DNA of 63,686 nt, filler included, from Bonamia ostreae (GCA_040357525.1; 54 parts of 54 records of this genome joined end to end with filler, not necessarily neighbours in it), one strand, 5' to 3'; positions 47,502 through 61,726 are shown, counted from the first letter of the whole stretch. Translations and numbers: made by a program. Notes: generated from the letters alone by a model not told the origin.

Positions 47502-48411
47502 CGCCTCTTAAAACACAAATTTTGACAATCCAAAATTTCCATTCGCTCTTAAAATGGCTTTTATTCATTTGCAAAGGATGCGATCAACTCAAAAGTTTCG
47601 TCCAGAAATCTTTGTCACAGCCGCTCAAACTTCACCAGAAATTGCGGATATCGCCATTAACGCGATTGGAAAGAAAACTGCAAATCGAAAATCAGTTCAA
47701 ATCCGATTTGAGAGCCGTCACAGAATATTTTCGGCCCTTTTACGACAAAATTAATAATTTTGTCACTGCCGTTGCGCCGTTCGACGAAGATTTTGAGAAA
47801 AAAGCCGAACGATTTTTGCTTAACGAAATCAATGCGAAAGTTTATTTTTTGACCAACTTTTAAAATTTAATTTGCAAAAATTTTATACAGAAAGTAAACG
47901 ATTATTTTATTATGCGAACAACAAAAACTGGAGAAAAAATTTACGCAAAAATTTTTTCGGACACAATAAAATGGTGCTCTCATATTCCGATACAATATAA
48001 AGTTAAAAACAATTTTAAATTTAGAACAAAATATAAATTTAGCCAAATTTTGGAAAAATAGATTTTTAAATCGTTCAATTTGATAATTAAAAAAATTGTA
48101 GAAAAGCTAAATTTTAAAAAAAAGTCATTATTATACGACGAAAACGAAATCGATTTTGAAAATTCGGTTTTAAAAACAAAAAAAAATTTGCCGAAAACTT
48201 CAAAATTGGATTTGTGGATCGATTATCATTTTATGATCATCGGTTCCAAGTTTTTTTTGTTGATTGATAATAAAAAAGAGATTTGCAGAGACTGTACAAT
48301 GACCTAACTTTCCAATTAATAACGGGAAACCAATTTAAAGTGTTTTGGGGAAGGAGATTTATGAAACTTTATAGCAAAATTATCTCCAAATATAATCATT
48401 CGATCGTTTCA
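47502..48411 (+). CDS. Probable UBR-family (UBR1/PRT6-like N-recognin) E3 ligase, internal fragment
   Basis: Spliced LLKWLLFICKGCDQLKSFV and SKLDLWIDYH...LQRLYNDLTFQLITGNQFKVFWGRRFMKLYSKI resemble the helical region after the UBR box. Three inferred introns. Confidence 0.5.
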
Positions 48412-50354
48412 NNNNNNNNNNNNNNNNNNNNNNNNNNNNNNNNNNNNNNNNNNNNTTAATTAATTAANNNNNNNNNNNNNNNNNNNNNNNNNNNNNNNNN
48501 NNNNNNNNNNNTATCCGGGATATTATTTGCAAATAAGGCATTGTCTTCATGATTCCACTTTAGTAACACATTATTTTCAATTGTATTTTGCATTCCCTAC
48601 ATTTACATATTCAACAAGAAGCGTATTTCAAAACTGGTGTATGGATTAATGTGCCCATCAAGTCAATTATTGCTTTAATCAATGTTAAATTAATGAGCGG
48701 AATAAATCAAGTAATGTGCGTAACATGATGAATTGTTGAAAACAATGAGTGAATCGACGACCACTTTCAATTATTGCGCATAATAGTTGAATCGATGATT
48801 TCTTTAATTATTTGAGTCACGTTGATTTCGCGCTAACCAATGTTGCATTTAAAGACTGTATAATGAATGTCATTTATGTTGAAGTTTGATCCCAAGTCAT
48901 TTGAAGATGAAGATACAGGCAATATCCAGAGCAATACAGTGCTTTGGTTTTTTTTAAATATCTAAATGCAGGCACTTTTCAGTAACTGAAATAACTTGTG
49001 CTAAGGACTACTGTATGTCCCCGTATCTTTCATGAATTGAATTGTTCAAAGTTTCAGGATGTGTAGTTCTAATTGTTTTGTTTTTTGCAATTTCACAAGA
49101 AACACCGAATTTATAAAATGAAAATCGATTCATTTATCTCAATTTCCCATTCGTATCCCATTCGTATCTGGGAAGACAATGAGCAAAATATTCCTAATTC
49201 AATTTGTCACTTGTAAAAGCCAAACCTGAAGACAATTATATCAGTATCTTTTTTAAGATATCTTGAAAGCAAAATATAATCAGCTGTTAAAATGTAGGTG
49301 CATATGTTTATTTCATAAGCATACAACGCTTTTTTGATTTAGCTCAAACAATCAGTTAGTATAGCAAAAGGTTACTCTTAAAATATTAGACAATTTTGTT
49401 CATTCAAACTTGCCAATTTGAATTGGTTATCACTAATAAAAATGAAAAACAGTTACAAGGAAAACTGTGGTATTATCAATTACACCATCGATATGGTACA
49501 TGAATATAAAGCTCTGGCATATCATCAAACATATTGTTCAGTTCAGTTCAGTTCAGATTATACATAAATGATGATTTTTTTTCAAAAANNNNNNNNNNNN
49601 NNNNNNNNNNNNNNNNNNNNNNNNNNNNNNNNTTAATTAATTAANNNNNNNNNNNNNNNNNNNNNNNNNNNNNNNNNNNNNNNNNNNNAATTGATCTTAA
49701 AGTTTGTATGTGTTGTTTTAGATCGGTGTTTACTTTATTTTCCATGCAAGGAAAGTTTCTGCATTTAATAATAGTTTTCGATTGCAGCTTGTTTCTTCCC
49801 CTTACTGCATATATTCTTTATCAACACCTGGTTCCCTCTTTTTAAAGTCGTTCCCATCGCAGTTACATAGCGTTATTGTTAAGAAATCGTGTGCATTTTG
49901 GTTGTTTACACTATTATCTTAAAATGATCACCAAACGAAACGACATGGACCCCAAAATGTCCAGGTTCATGCAGGTATTCTTGTAGTATTGATGTCATAT
50001 CAAATAATTTTTGTTTCATTCATTTTAAGCTTTAAACTGTTAACTTTCGAGAGAAATTTTTTGTTTAGCCTAACACTACGTACAATTTTTAACAGGATAT
50101 AGCTCCTTTCATCTACAGTATCCACGTTTCCGGTTGAAGATTATCAAGGTCAGAAAAATGAAAATTCCAACTACCTTGAATTTATTCTCAGTACAATAAT
50201 TGACATGCTAATTTTTTGTTGCAAACCACTTTGAATATGAATGTATTAGATCCCCCGAGCTGGTATTTACCCACTGACAAAATTGAACATATCTTCATAA
50301 AAAGATGTAACATTAATGAAATATAAGGTGCATTACAGCAAAATTATTCATTTA

Positions 50355-50640
50355 TTTAATTCTTAAATCCAACAAATTGCATGCATACACTCAATCAATG
50401 TTTAAAGCAAACAAATTGGACTCAAGCATTTAGTTATTTTCTAAACCCAAAATGGTATACTCATACATTCACTTAATTTCTAATCCAACAAATCATACTT
50501 GTGCACTTAGTTACTATCTAAATGGTACTCTAACATTTAGTTAAATTTAAACTCAGACAACTTGTACTCATGCATTCGGGTATTTCATTTATTCAAACAA
50601 ATCTAACTCATACATTCAGTTAGTTTTTAAATCCAACAAA
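50355..50640. repeat. Degenerate tandem repeat of about 39 bp, roughly 7 units
   Basis: Recurring AATCCAACAAAT..TACTCAT.CATT.AGTTA pattern. Confidence 0.55.
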
Positions 50641-52533
50641 CTTTTAAAGAAATGAAACAAAAGCAATATGAGATGTACTGCATTTGTAATTTATGCATAT
50701 CTAAACTATGTACATTGGGACCTCGTTAATCCAGACACTTTGGTTCCCTGCACAATCGTCCGAANNNNNNNNNNNNNNNNNNNNNNNNNNNNNNNNNNNN
50801 NNNNNNNNTTAATTAATTAANNNNNNNNNNNNNNNNNNNNNNNNNNNNNNNNNNNNNNNNNNNNTACCATGACCCTTTCAGTATACGTTGAAGCCACAAA
50901 ATGACTTTAATTTTTATAGCACATGTATATGATATGATATACCTGGAGCATCTTGACATCGATAAATTCAATGGAGTGCGTTCTCCATAAAAATACCGTA
51001 TGTCACTAGTGTCGTATTATTGATGATCCGTTATGTACATGTAGCAGAGTGGAGAATGCATTTGTCCATATTGGAGTTAAAATGACAAGTGATATATTAC
51101 ATTCAGTCAAATTAAAATTCTGCAATTTGTGACTTGATCCCGCCCATGTGACATTCACCTGTTGTTGTAAGGGACTATGAAATTTTTCAAATACATAATC
51201 CCTCTAGATATAGACATTCAATGTCAATCTAACAAAAGAGATCAAAGTCAAACCACATCCGACATCGCCCTGACCCCTGCCCCAAGTGTATTGAATTCTT
51301 TGATGTTTGTTTGAAAATATATTCCCTACTTTATAGTGAATTCAGTTTTCTGTCAACTTAAAAAGTCATTGCAAAACAGTGTCCACTAATAATCGTTTAA
51401 AACATGACCGACCATTTCTGACAACACATCGTCAACAGACCTTCACACGACAACACAACTAACGGAACTATTAACAATTAACAAATTATGTCAAATTAAA
51501 AATTAACAATTGAACTTCATGATAGGGCGTATCATCGTAGGACAGTTTCTCAAATATTGAAACGTCTTGGGGTTCTCTGTAGAAAGTTTCCAATTCTGTT
51601 ACAGAGTACAGTGGGTCCGATAGTAGTTGAATCAACTCCAAGATATAACATGAGTCTTATTTCTGACGAAACAAGATCCAATGTCAGTAATGCGGGCAGA
51701 AGAATATGACTTTATCGACACGTGCATGAACGCTACATACACAATTGATTGCTTAAACGAGACAGACTCGGCATAGTTTGGGGCGCGATTATAGCACATT
51801 TTTGCTCCCAATTTCTTATTTTGCACAGCATCCTAACTGCTCAGTGATATATGGATAATGTTGTACAGCCTGTGTAGGCACTGTTGATAAGCAGCGCAGA
51901 TTAGTTTTCAGCGTGGTCTTGTTCGGGCACACACTGCGTGNNNNNNNNNNNNNNNNNNNNNNNNNNNNNNNNNNNNNNNNNNNNTTAATTAATTAANNNN
52001 NNNNNNNNNNNNNNNNNNNNNNNNNNNNNNNNNNNNNNNNCCATTTCATATCAAAAGCTGTCCAATGAGTAAATTGCACAAAAGCAGCATTGTTTCGCTT
52101 TATTTTTCAAAACTGTTTCGTGTATTATTAGTTATATCAATCAGTGTTTTAAATAATTTAGCTATTTAATTATGTTGAAATGTTTGTTTTTTTTTAATAT
52201 AACTAATTATTTTTCAATGATTCTGAGTTCTACCTGTAAAAGTTTTATTAAAATATATAAGAACTTTAATCAACTGTCAAATAGTTGTGTTGTACACTGT
52301 TATCATTATAAGACTAATATGTATCGCTAATTTCTCAGAATAAACATACTTTACTACATATTTTTCTACATTTATGAGAATTCGTTTACATATTTATTTT
52401 TCTACATATTACTTCTTTTATGTTTGTGTTTATAATTCTTACTCGTTACATTTACATCTTCATTAAACCATTGGAAGCTTTTTTATCCCTTCAATATTCT
52501 TTTACAGATGTTCTTTCGGGAATTGATATACTT

Positions 52534-53116
52534 TCATGAGGGTGTGTGAATCGCAAAAAATTTTATATCGGAGATTGTATAATTATTTTTTTCAACATAC
52601 TTCCACCATTTTTTATTTTTAAGAAATTTTAAATAGAAACTTATAAAACATTTATGGATAGTGCCGTCTAATTTTTTGTAATGCGCTTTGCAACTTTTTA
52701 TCAATGGTTCCAGAATCATGTTCATTATAATGCGCTTGTAATCTATCAAGCCATGTTTGAGTATTTTTATCTGTAAGCTTCTATCAACAAAAGCTCTCCA
52801 CAAACGTTGACTACGTTATTATCACTTTTTTGATCAGAACTCTGGACTTTTTTTGTTTATATGTGTTCAGAAATATTTTTCGATGATCTTTCAATACCCC
52901 CAATTATCCAAAACTTTCAATGGCCCTTTTTCTTCCTACTCGATGCTTGTTTGAATATAAATAACACTCATCAATTTTCAAAATCATTTTTAGTAGGGCC
53001 AATTATGATTGGGGTAAACTTTTTTAAACAGTCATTTATCATGGTTAAGGGCACTCCGCATTCTTCTGAAGTTTTTCTTAATGTCAATCTCTGTAAAAAG
53101 CAGCATAATAATCTAA
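52534..53116 (-). mobile_element. Highly decayed Merlin transposase pseudogene
   Basis: Across frameshifts: IIGPTK/MILKIDECLL...KHRVGR/WIIGGIERSSK...LWRAF...KHGLIDYK, following the motif order IGG-EIDES-KY.GR-WVFGGIER-WRAY-H..VNH. Confidence 0.65.
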
Positions 53117-54639
53117 NNNNNNNNNNNNNNNNNNNNNNNNNNNNNNNNNNNNNNNNNNNNTTAATTAATTAANNNNNNNNNNNNNNNNNNNNNNNNNNNN
53201 NNNNNNNNNNNNNNNNCTTACGTGGAATCTCTACATTTCGTTGGTCTTATCCAATAAAATACTCACCATTCATTATTTTCTTACAATAATGCATGAGTGT
53301 ATTCTCCTACAAGCTTACTCCTACAATTCTTAATTATCTCACAATCCATGTACCATTTCCCGACTTTTGAATTTTCTTACAATAACTTGCGTATATTTCT
53401 TCTTTTACTCAAGGTAGTATCGTCTATCATCATGTTGTGACTAAGTTCAACAATCAGAAAATGAAGAAAATACTCGTAATATACATGTACACGTTAAATA
53501 CCCATGCAAACACTATGTACCATACGATGTACTAAAGGATGACACTATACTATTCAGTAAGCTGAAAGGTGTAGGACTGGTTACTAAAAGTAGATTGAAT
53601 GAAAAAGCCCTGACATTCACCTTTCCATATCTTTCCTTCGAATGAATGGCACAATTTTGTCCTGTGTACATAGCTTTGAAACTGCGAGAGACGTTGGAAG
53701 TGTATACTTAATATTTCCTTAAAACTGTTCAACCTGTAATTGCCCGAGGCATACCTTCGATGTTAATACATATACTCTGTAAAAAGGAAGGTACTAACTT
53801 AAAGACTGTATAGAAAGTTAAACCCACAAATTATGTGCCCTTCATATCACAAATTTCAAAGGGAAAAATTCCTGCTGATCGAGATGGATACAACTGCAAC
53901 ATGATCTAACTTACTTGAAAGAAACAACATAGCATGTTTTAGCTTGATACGGGACAGAAAATAGCAAATAGGAACAGAAAAGCATACATGTAGATGGATG
54001 GACAGACATACGTGGACAGAGAGGTGCAAGGACGTGCAGACATATTACATCCTGTCTAAAGACGGGCAAATAACAATGTGGAGGTGATATCGTAAGAGAA
54101 TACAGAAATATTGGGATACTATTGTTATAGGAAAGGAAATCCAGAAATGTTATTGTCGAAAACTCGTCCTGTGATGGTTGTTATTTCAATTCGTTTTAAA
54201 ATAATCTAGAACTACAGTTTCCCAATATACAAGGCACTGAACGACACGAGTTGGAACTGAACAAATTCAATTGCATGTTTATAATTGAGTGNNNNNNNNN
54301 NNNNNNNNNNNNNNNNNNNNNNNNNNNNNNNNNNNTTAATTAATTAANNNNNNNNNNNNNNNNNNNNNNNNNNNNNNNNNNNNNNNNNNNNAAACAAAGA
54401 AGCACTTACTCCTATATTACTAACATAATCAAAAGGTTTAAACTGCTAGGGAAAAAATGGAGCCGATTGAACTGGTTACTCATGAGGCAGGCAATTGGCA
54501 CACCCGTTCATGTTACAGGGTTTTCAATAGTGTCGTTTAAAGTTAACAATTTGCAAATTTTATTTCCCGTATAACGGACGAGTAAAACAAATCAACATTT
54601 CGCATCGGTGTGGTTCAGATCAATAGTTAAACCCGTCAG

Positions 54640-54855
54640 TTCACAGCGATTTTGTCTGTGGGTTGCTCCCGTTTCCGGTTCAAGACCTCGGGCGCCCTGC
54701 GGAGGTGGCCCGGTCACAGGGACAGCTGTCGCCGCCTAGGCTCCCGGTCCCCCTCCGGGTCTGCCCAGGGGTCCGTGTGTGCCCAACTCTTGTGTCTGTC
54801 TTCCTTCTAGGAGTTAGGCGTTTACTCACTGTTCGTTATCTTTACCTGTTCTTTA
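54640..54855 (+). mobile_element. Penelope-like terminal repeat fragment (host type)
   Basis: CCTAGGC...CCAGGGGTCCGTGTGTGCCCAACTCT...TAGGAGTTA...TCACTGTTCGTTATCTT. Confidence 0.7.
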
Positions 54856-54992
54856 TAAGCATGCTTACTGTACATTCTCATCTTGAATTTGGGTAAATCA
54901 ACAATTCAATTAGTCTTTCTGAATTTTACTGCAGAATATTTCACAAGGTGACATGTAAGTAGAGGAATCTTTCATATTATTTATGATTTCAG

Positions 54993-55466
54993 AATGGTAG
55001 AAGGTATACTGAAGAGTGTGTTAGAAATCCTCAATGACGGAGGCAGTGTTAAAGACATACTCGAAGATCTGCAGAAAACAAATACTGTGGAATTTGCAAA
55101 GATAGTGTTTACAAAGGCAGCAAACTGCATGAAAACAAAACACGACACGATTGAAAGTATCCTGAACCTAGTTTCATTTGCTGTAACCCTTTTCAACGTG
55201 ACGTGCTTCGACACAATACGTAACATTCTAAAACTTATTGGTAAAATTTTTTTATTTATCACAGGAAGAATGACTTCATTTTCTATGATATCAGAGAATT
55301 TATATTCGGAGTTGTCAGAGAAAATGAAATGTATCGAGGAAAAACTTCATGCTTTTTGTTCATGTTTTGATGCACGGATTGGTGAATTAATCACTTTCAA
55401 TAAACAAGAAGAGAAAAGAAAAAAACGTATTGAGAAGCTGTTAGATGATGTCAACTACAAAGAAAT
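54993..55466 (+). CDS. Host-type long coding exon, helical protein of unknown function
   Basis: Follows a TTTCAG acceptor and stays open for about 157 codons to the contig end. Contains an amphipathic/hydrophobic helical hairpin. Confidence 0.5.
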
Positions 55467-57159
55467 NNNNNNNNNNNNNNNNNNNNNNNNNNNNNNNNNN
55501 NNNNNNNNNNTTAATTAATTAANNNNNNNNNNNNNNNNNNNNNNNNNNNNNNNNNNNNNNNNNNNNGTGAGACCCAACTGGGGAAAGACTGGCTCTGGAG
55601 CAGAGGAGCCTGCAAAGAAATATCTCTCTATAGCCATATTTCTCTAAAAGTCCTACTTTATCACTAGTTAAAGAGTCAGACTTGCCCATAGTAGGTCTTC
55701 CTCTCATTTTATCTTGCTTCCACTAGTGTTACAGTAAATCAAGAGACCATTTTAAGAAAAATTATAAACCTCACTACAAGTAATTAATTACAAAAATTAT
55801 AAATCTAATGGAAATAATGCTGTTATTAGCATACATACAAGTTAATCCTCCTTAACTTTAGAAACGGATCTGCATAGATAACCCATCCAATGATTCATAT
55901 ATAATGGTATCACACACTTCTTCGGCCATGTGAACCTGGTCATCATTTTTGACTTTAAACTTAGTTTTTGCATATCAAACATCCCTTCTTATAGTAATGT
56001 GCATTCTGCATTTTGAATGAATTACATTTATGTTTATTTCATATCTAAATGTTGATATTGTGTGATTGCTTCAAAATCTTTTCTTCATCCGATTGTGTGA
56101 TCATATTATTTTACTTTGAGATTACAAATTAAAGTTCCTGTCATCATCAAGGTCATGTTTTGGAAGGTTCAATGATCAGACAAACAGGCAGAGGAACGAA
56201 ACTCTAGATGGATATGAGATGTTATTTTGATATAATGTACGCTTATTAAGTTTGATGAAAGTAGATTTCACAAGCGCAACATGGTCTGTACCCTAAATAC
56301 GTTTTCTCCATATGATTACCCATGCAAGAATAGTATAGTAATGAATGTTCTTGAAAAAAATAAACATGAACTTCGTACACAGAATCAATACATCACTATT
56401 AGGTATCTTCTTTTCACAAACCATATAAATACAATTCGTTCTAAACTACCTCAGCAGTTTTGAAAGTAAACCCATTTAAATTAACATTTTATACATTGAT
56501 GTAAGTTAATCAATTGGAATCCGACTTCAGGAATTTACATCTTCTATACACTCCCACTTTTCTTTGATAATGTACAATACTTAAGATATAGAATTTCAGC
56601 CTATTCGATACGCCAGATCATGTTCTGCAAATGATCAGTTTNNNNNNNNNNNNNNNNNNNNNNNNNNNNNNNNNNNNNNNNNNNNTTAATTAATTAANNN
56701 NNNNNNNNNNNNNNNNNNNNNNNNNNNNNNNNNNNNNNNNNACCATTGGATCAAGCCCTTATCTTATCAATAGTATGACACCCACATTAATCGTTTTTCT
56801 TGTTACTGTGTAGTTAGGAACTTGTCTACACAAGAATCACGTTTTCATAAACTGTACGATCATGTTCCGTAGCATACTTAAGGTCCCAAAAGTTGCTCTC
56901 ATGTCTTTAGTAATCTTTTTGATTATCATTTGAACATACATTTTAAAAAATGACGAGAAATAAGTTAACAACACATGTGTTCGTCTGAAAAGCTTATAGG
57001 ATTTGTCATATTGTTGCAATCAAAATAATCATAACTGTTTTCAGAACGAAATATAATATGAAACAATTGGTAAAAATCTTCCCTGAATAGGTTTGTAAAC
57101 AGCAAAATACTTATATACACTTTACATCATTTAACATAAGGTTGGGTGTTCTAAATATC

Positions 57160-57405
57160 TTGCGTGTTTCATATCACTAGTTAGGGCGTTCTATCCACAC
57201 TGAGTTTGGCTATGGATTTTTTTTACCTGGCCAAAACTATTGAGCTCAAGGTGGGTGTGACCGGTAAACAAGGGAAGCTTCCTTCTTCTAGACATCTGAT
57301 CTCACTTCTGATATGTTCATCGGTCAGTGATTCTTCTACTATCAATCTTGTATTGTTTAAAAGATTGATGAAACTCATCACTGTTAATTATCTTCTTCTA
57401 TTTTC
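57160..57405 (+). mobile_element. Penelope-like 3' end fragment (host type)
   Basis: GAGCTCAAGGTGGGTGTGACCGGT...CTAGACATCTGATCTCACTTCTG...ATCACTGTTAATTATCTTC. Confidence 0.7.
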
Positions 57406-60400
57406 CATCAAATGTTTTGGCTCAGATCAATGAATAGTACAACACAATTACATGTGTATTCATATTAACATGGGTAACTTTAAGCAAATTATACAGCGAC
57501 ATAGTCTTTAAAGACTATCTTGTACACATATCTACTGTATGGATAGTTTCTAGATATTTATTGTTCATGCTCTTCCCCCTCTCGAGCCCCCAAATAAATA
57601 TAATTCCAAATATTGTTTCCGGAACATGTAATTCCCTCGTCTAGCGACCTTTGTAAACCGTTCTGAATAGTTTGGTGAGAGCAAACGCGTACATAAAACA
57701 TAAACTGAGTATTTAACGCTGCATGAAGTGATCAGCGGCGATATCACACACATATTTAGGAGACATAATTGCTTTTATCTATATTTTTAGCATCGTATAT
57801 ATTAGTATATATATATNNNNNNNNNNNNNNNNNNNNNNNNNNNNNNNNNNNNNNNNNNNNTTAATTAATTAANNNNNNNNNNNNNNNNNNNNNNNNNNNN
57901 NNNNNNNNNNNNNNNNTTACTTCATACATATTTATGTATCAATAGTTTTTTCTAAACTTTTGACATTAAAATTTGCTATTTTAACAAGTTTTTTTTAAAA
58001 TGTTTGATTGTGTTTTACGAAAATGTGTGATTTTCTGTTTTTGTATGTGTGACATCTTAGAAAAGATGGAAACATATGTATTTGCTTTGGTTATTGATTA
58101 AAACAAGCTATATTGAGTAGAAATTAATTCAATTGTACCACTTACAGCCACTGATATTAATAAGTCAAATGAGGGTGGAACTACTTTAGATATTTTGAAT
58201 TCATTTAGTATATGCCTTGATGCTGCAGGTTAATTGGTTTTATATATTGTGTAGGTATCTGTCTTAATCTAGAACATCTTATGCAGGTCAGATACTGTAG
58301 ACTCATTGAAATTTTTAGGGGCAATATTAGTGGATTTTAAGATTTTGATAGTTGCATAAGAATGTGATTTCGTGATAAGATTTCTGAATATTAAAAATAT
58401 GCTGAACTGTGTATTTGGTACTGGTTTTGAATTCATGGGATAAAGTAACCCACAACACTCATACAAGGCATCAAAAGTCTCCATGGTATTTAAAGCACAA
58501 CGCTACGGCAAATAGAACTCTTTTTTTTTCTTTTATTCTTGCATGAGTTCAACTTGCAACGCCACCGGTTGCAAAAGTCATGCTTTCACAAATCAGACGC
58601 AAGAGGTAGAGCCACCAGAGACACTTAGACATATTTTTGTATGAAATACTTTAAACCTTAAAAATCTGCAACATCAGCGTTACTTCATGAAACAAAAATA
58701 CAAAGTAACAAAAATACCGTCGTCATTTAAAACTAAATATATCTTAGAAATACCCATCTCTGATTTCGAATTAGATACGTTTTAAGAGTCACTTACTATG
58801 CATTCATCGTTTGATTCAATGCCGTAAAGTAATTCAAATCAAGAGTTGCACTTATACACTGTCTTTTCTCGATTTCTAAAATTACCTTCTTTAAAGAGTA
58901 AACCTTTGGAGAAGTATGGTACTATAATATACGATCCAAATAGTTTCCGAATACACAAGATAAACGATTTTCACGACAAAACCTGATACANNNNNNNNNN
59001 NNNNNNNNNNNNNNNNNNNNNNNNNNNNNNNNNNTTAATTAATTAANNNNNNNNNNNNNNNNNNNNNNNNNNNNNNNNNNNNNNNNNNNNTGTACCTCTA
59101 AGGAAAGATGAGATAATATATATTTTAAAAAAACACACACATTGAGAAGAAAACTTTTGAAAAAAACAAATATTGACCCTGACAACATGCTCGAGATTTG
59201 CAAGTGTCAGGGAAATTCAAGTATCTTTATAGCATGTGTATTTCTATTAATAAAAGTTATCATACGCTATCAATAAAAGGAGCAACTTTTAAGTACTTTA
59301 AACGGTTTGTGACTGTAGTTTGGTGCCATGTTTGGATTTTGACAAAGGAAAAGTACATTTTGGGCTAACGGTATCTGAAACCAAATACATAATAAAGTAT
59401 CAATGTAGAACTACTACTACTACTGTGTAACATGAACATCAACGGAATACTACTGTTACTATAAAACAATGAAAAAAGTACTGAAACATCCAGTTTTTAC
59501 AAAGTAACATAAACTAATACATGCTTATTCAAGTCTGCAAAACAAACGCCACCAAACACAAAAATTCATTCTATCGATCTACTGTATGGTAGTAAAGACT
59601 CTGTAATTTACTATGCAAAATATTACTTTGACTTATTTTGATATTTTGAAGAAAGAAGTGGAAGTAATTACTTTAAACAATTAAGGCTTACAACATCGAA
59701 ATGTTTGATACCTTGACCTGTTGTATTGGGAATCTGATACTATTGTCAACTATTGTAAACACTTTGCCACAAGTACTTTGAATTGTAAACACTTTTTACA
59801 AGTGCTTCGAATTGCTATTGTAAAGTCTTTGATGACTCAAATAAGAATAATATGTACTATTATTAACTTAAATTATCATGTTTTCGTATTTCATTATTAC
59901 TTCAATTTTTTTTCTCCTTTTTTATACTACAATCCTAATATTTTAAGTTTCTGTACATTCAATATAACACCCTTACCTGGGTTTCAAGTTGCTAGTTGAT
60001 GACTTGAATATGATAAATATCATCATTTATATATACCATTGTGACGTGGGTAAAACGTGGACATGCATGGTATTAGATAGCGATTACCGAGAAATTTGAA
60101 ATGTGCTGATTCTGCCAGGTCGAGCTCAGATATATAATGTACATTTGTACCATGATAACAGTTTNNNNNNNNNNNNNNNNNNNNNNNNNNNNNNNNNNNN
60201 NNNNNNNNTTAATTAATTAANNNNNNNNNNNNNNNNNNNNNNNNNNNNNNNNNNNNNNNNNNNNGAATGACAACTCTGCATGGATAAACGAAGGCTAAAA
60301 CAGGGTTATGCAACTTAGATCAAGCATTTAAAGTTTTATGTCTAAAGTTTTCTGAGGGGAAAATCCCATTTTATTTATCTCTACTTGAGAATATTTGGTT

Positions 60401-61447
60401 AAAACTATATATGCCGTATATTTTATGTATCACCGTAAGAATAAATTATAAACTATATGAATTATATTATCCATTGAACTCAACCGGATTAAAAAGTATC
60501 CCAGCGAATTAAGTAGAGTAGAATATTTGGTTAGATAATGATTGAAAAATCTGAATATCTGACTATTTCATTTACAGTTGTTAATAAATACACTCCTATA
60601 TCAAAATGCCTCTGGTAAGTCGGATATTGGCGCTAGAGGTTCATTAACCTACTTGTAGGCCTNNNNNNNNNNCACAACGAAGAGAAGCGAGGTCCTCTCT
60701 GGAATTTGCAAAATAGATACCATGAAAAAAACCTTGGTTATTATGGGGAGGTAAGAGCTGTCCATTCTGAGAAGTTGTGTGCCAAAATCTTAAACATATG
60801 TGAAAGAATTATCACTACTCGGCTAAGGAAACTGCTAAGAACAGTGTGCTTTTCTCGCGCTAGTAACCTACGTCATAAATGAACAAGCAAAGGATTATCA
60901 TTGACAATACATAATGACATTAATGAATGTAGATATAAACAATCAATCATAGTCACGTGGCAAGAAATCCATGCAATTTTTATGTTGCTATTTTTCCTGG
61001 TGTATAGCAGAAATTTTGAGAATTTTTCTATCCTATGTTGTGGCAGTTGAACAAAAATCTTTACTACATAAGGATGCTTGTAAATTAAATTAACACTTGT
61101 ATATATTACATTATATTTATGTTAGAGTGTTTCACTGAAATTATCTTGTATGTATACAATCCCTATTCTATAGTTTGAACAAACTTGAATGTTTTTGGAT
61201 TGAAACTTGTGTTGCAAGGTTTGGTTGATGTTAAGGTCATAGGATACTCAGAGTTTTGGACACATCAAATGACGCAACATTGTGTTGATTTTCTGTTATT
61301 TAATTAAACAACAACGTGAATTGCTATTGATGCACGTANNNNNNNNNNNNNNNNNNNNNNNNNNNNNNNNNNNNNNNNNNNNTTAATTAATTAANNNNNN
61401 NNNNNNNNNNNNNNNNNNNNNNNNNNNNNNNNNNNNNNTTAAAATAT

Positions 61448-61726
61448 TTATTGAATTTTATGTTTTTCTGCAGAATCTTTATCACTTCCATTTTGATCTC
61501 TTCCGTTCATTTCTTTGCTATTTTCATTCTCGTGAAAAATGCAACAAACATTAGATTTCTTCTTATTCATAAATTCGTTGTTTATCACATTTTTGTCCCA
61601 TTTTACTTTACTTCAAAATGACAAAATTTGAAACTTTTTCTTTTTAAGTGTTAATTCGATCGTCTCGAATTCTTTTTCTACTTTACAGCTTTCAACAATA
61701 CCATTTCCGTTTTTGTTATTGCTCAT
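61448..61726 (-). CDS. PPP1R11: Protein phosphatase 1 inhibitor-3 (PPP1R11/Ypi1), complete, 84 aa
   Basis: [26 protein letters not shown] contains the RVxW motif and the conserved NE/CCI block. One 24-nt intron, 61611-61634, contains an in-frame stop. Confidence 0.92.

Noticed and set aside
47522-47863. Ndc80/HEC1 call for this ORF
   Set aside because: Downstream exons lack a coiled coil and fit a UBR-type ligase better.
54660-54830. Hypermutation or editing in the GC-shifted repeat copy
   Set aside because: The mixed A/T-to-C/G changes are more consistent with low-quality read error, and there is no way to distinguish these here.
61060-61230. Oyster satellite/Helitron fragment (TTTGAACAAACTTGAAT...GTTTGGTTGA) and a similar end near 54045-54072
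   Set aside because: Too degenerate to delimit; used only as supporting evidence for bivalve origin.
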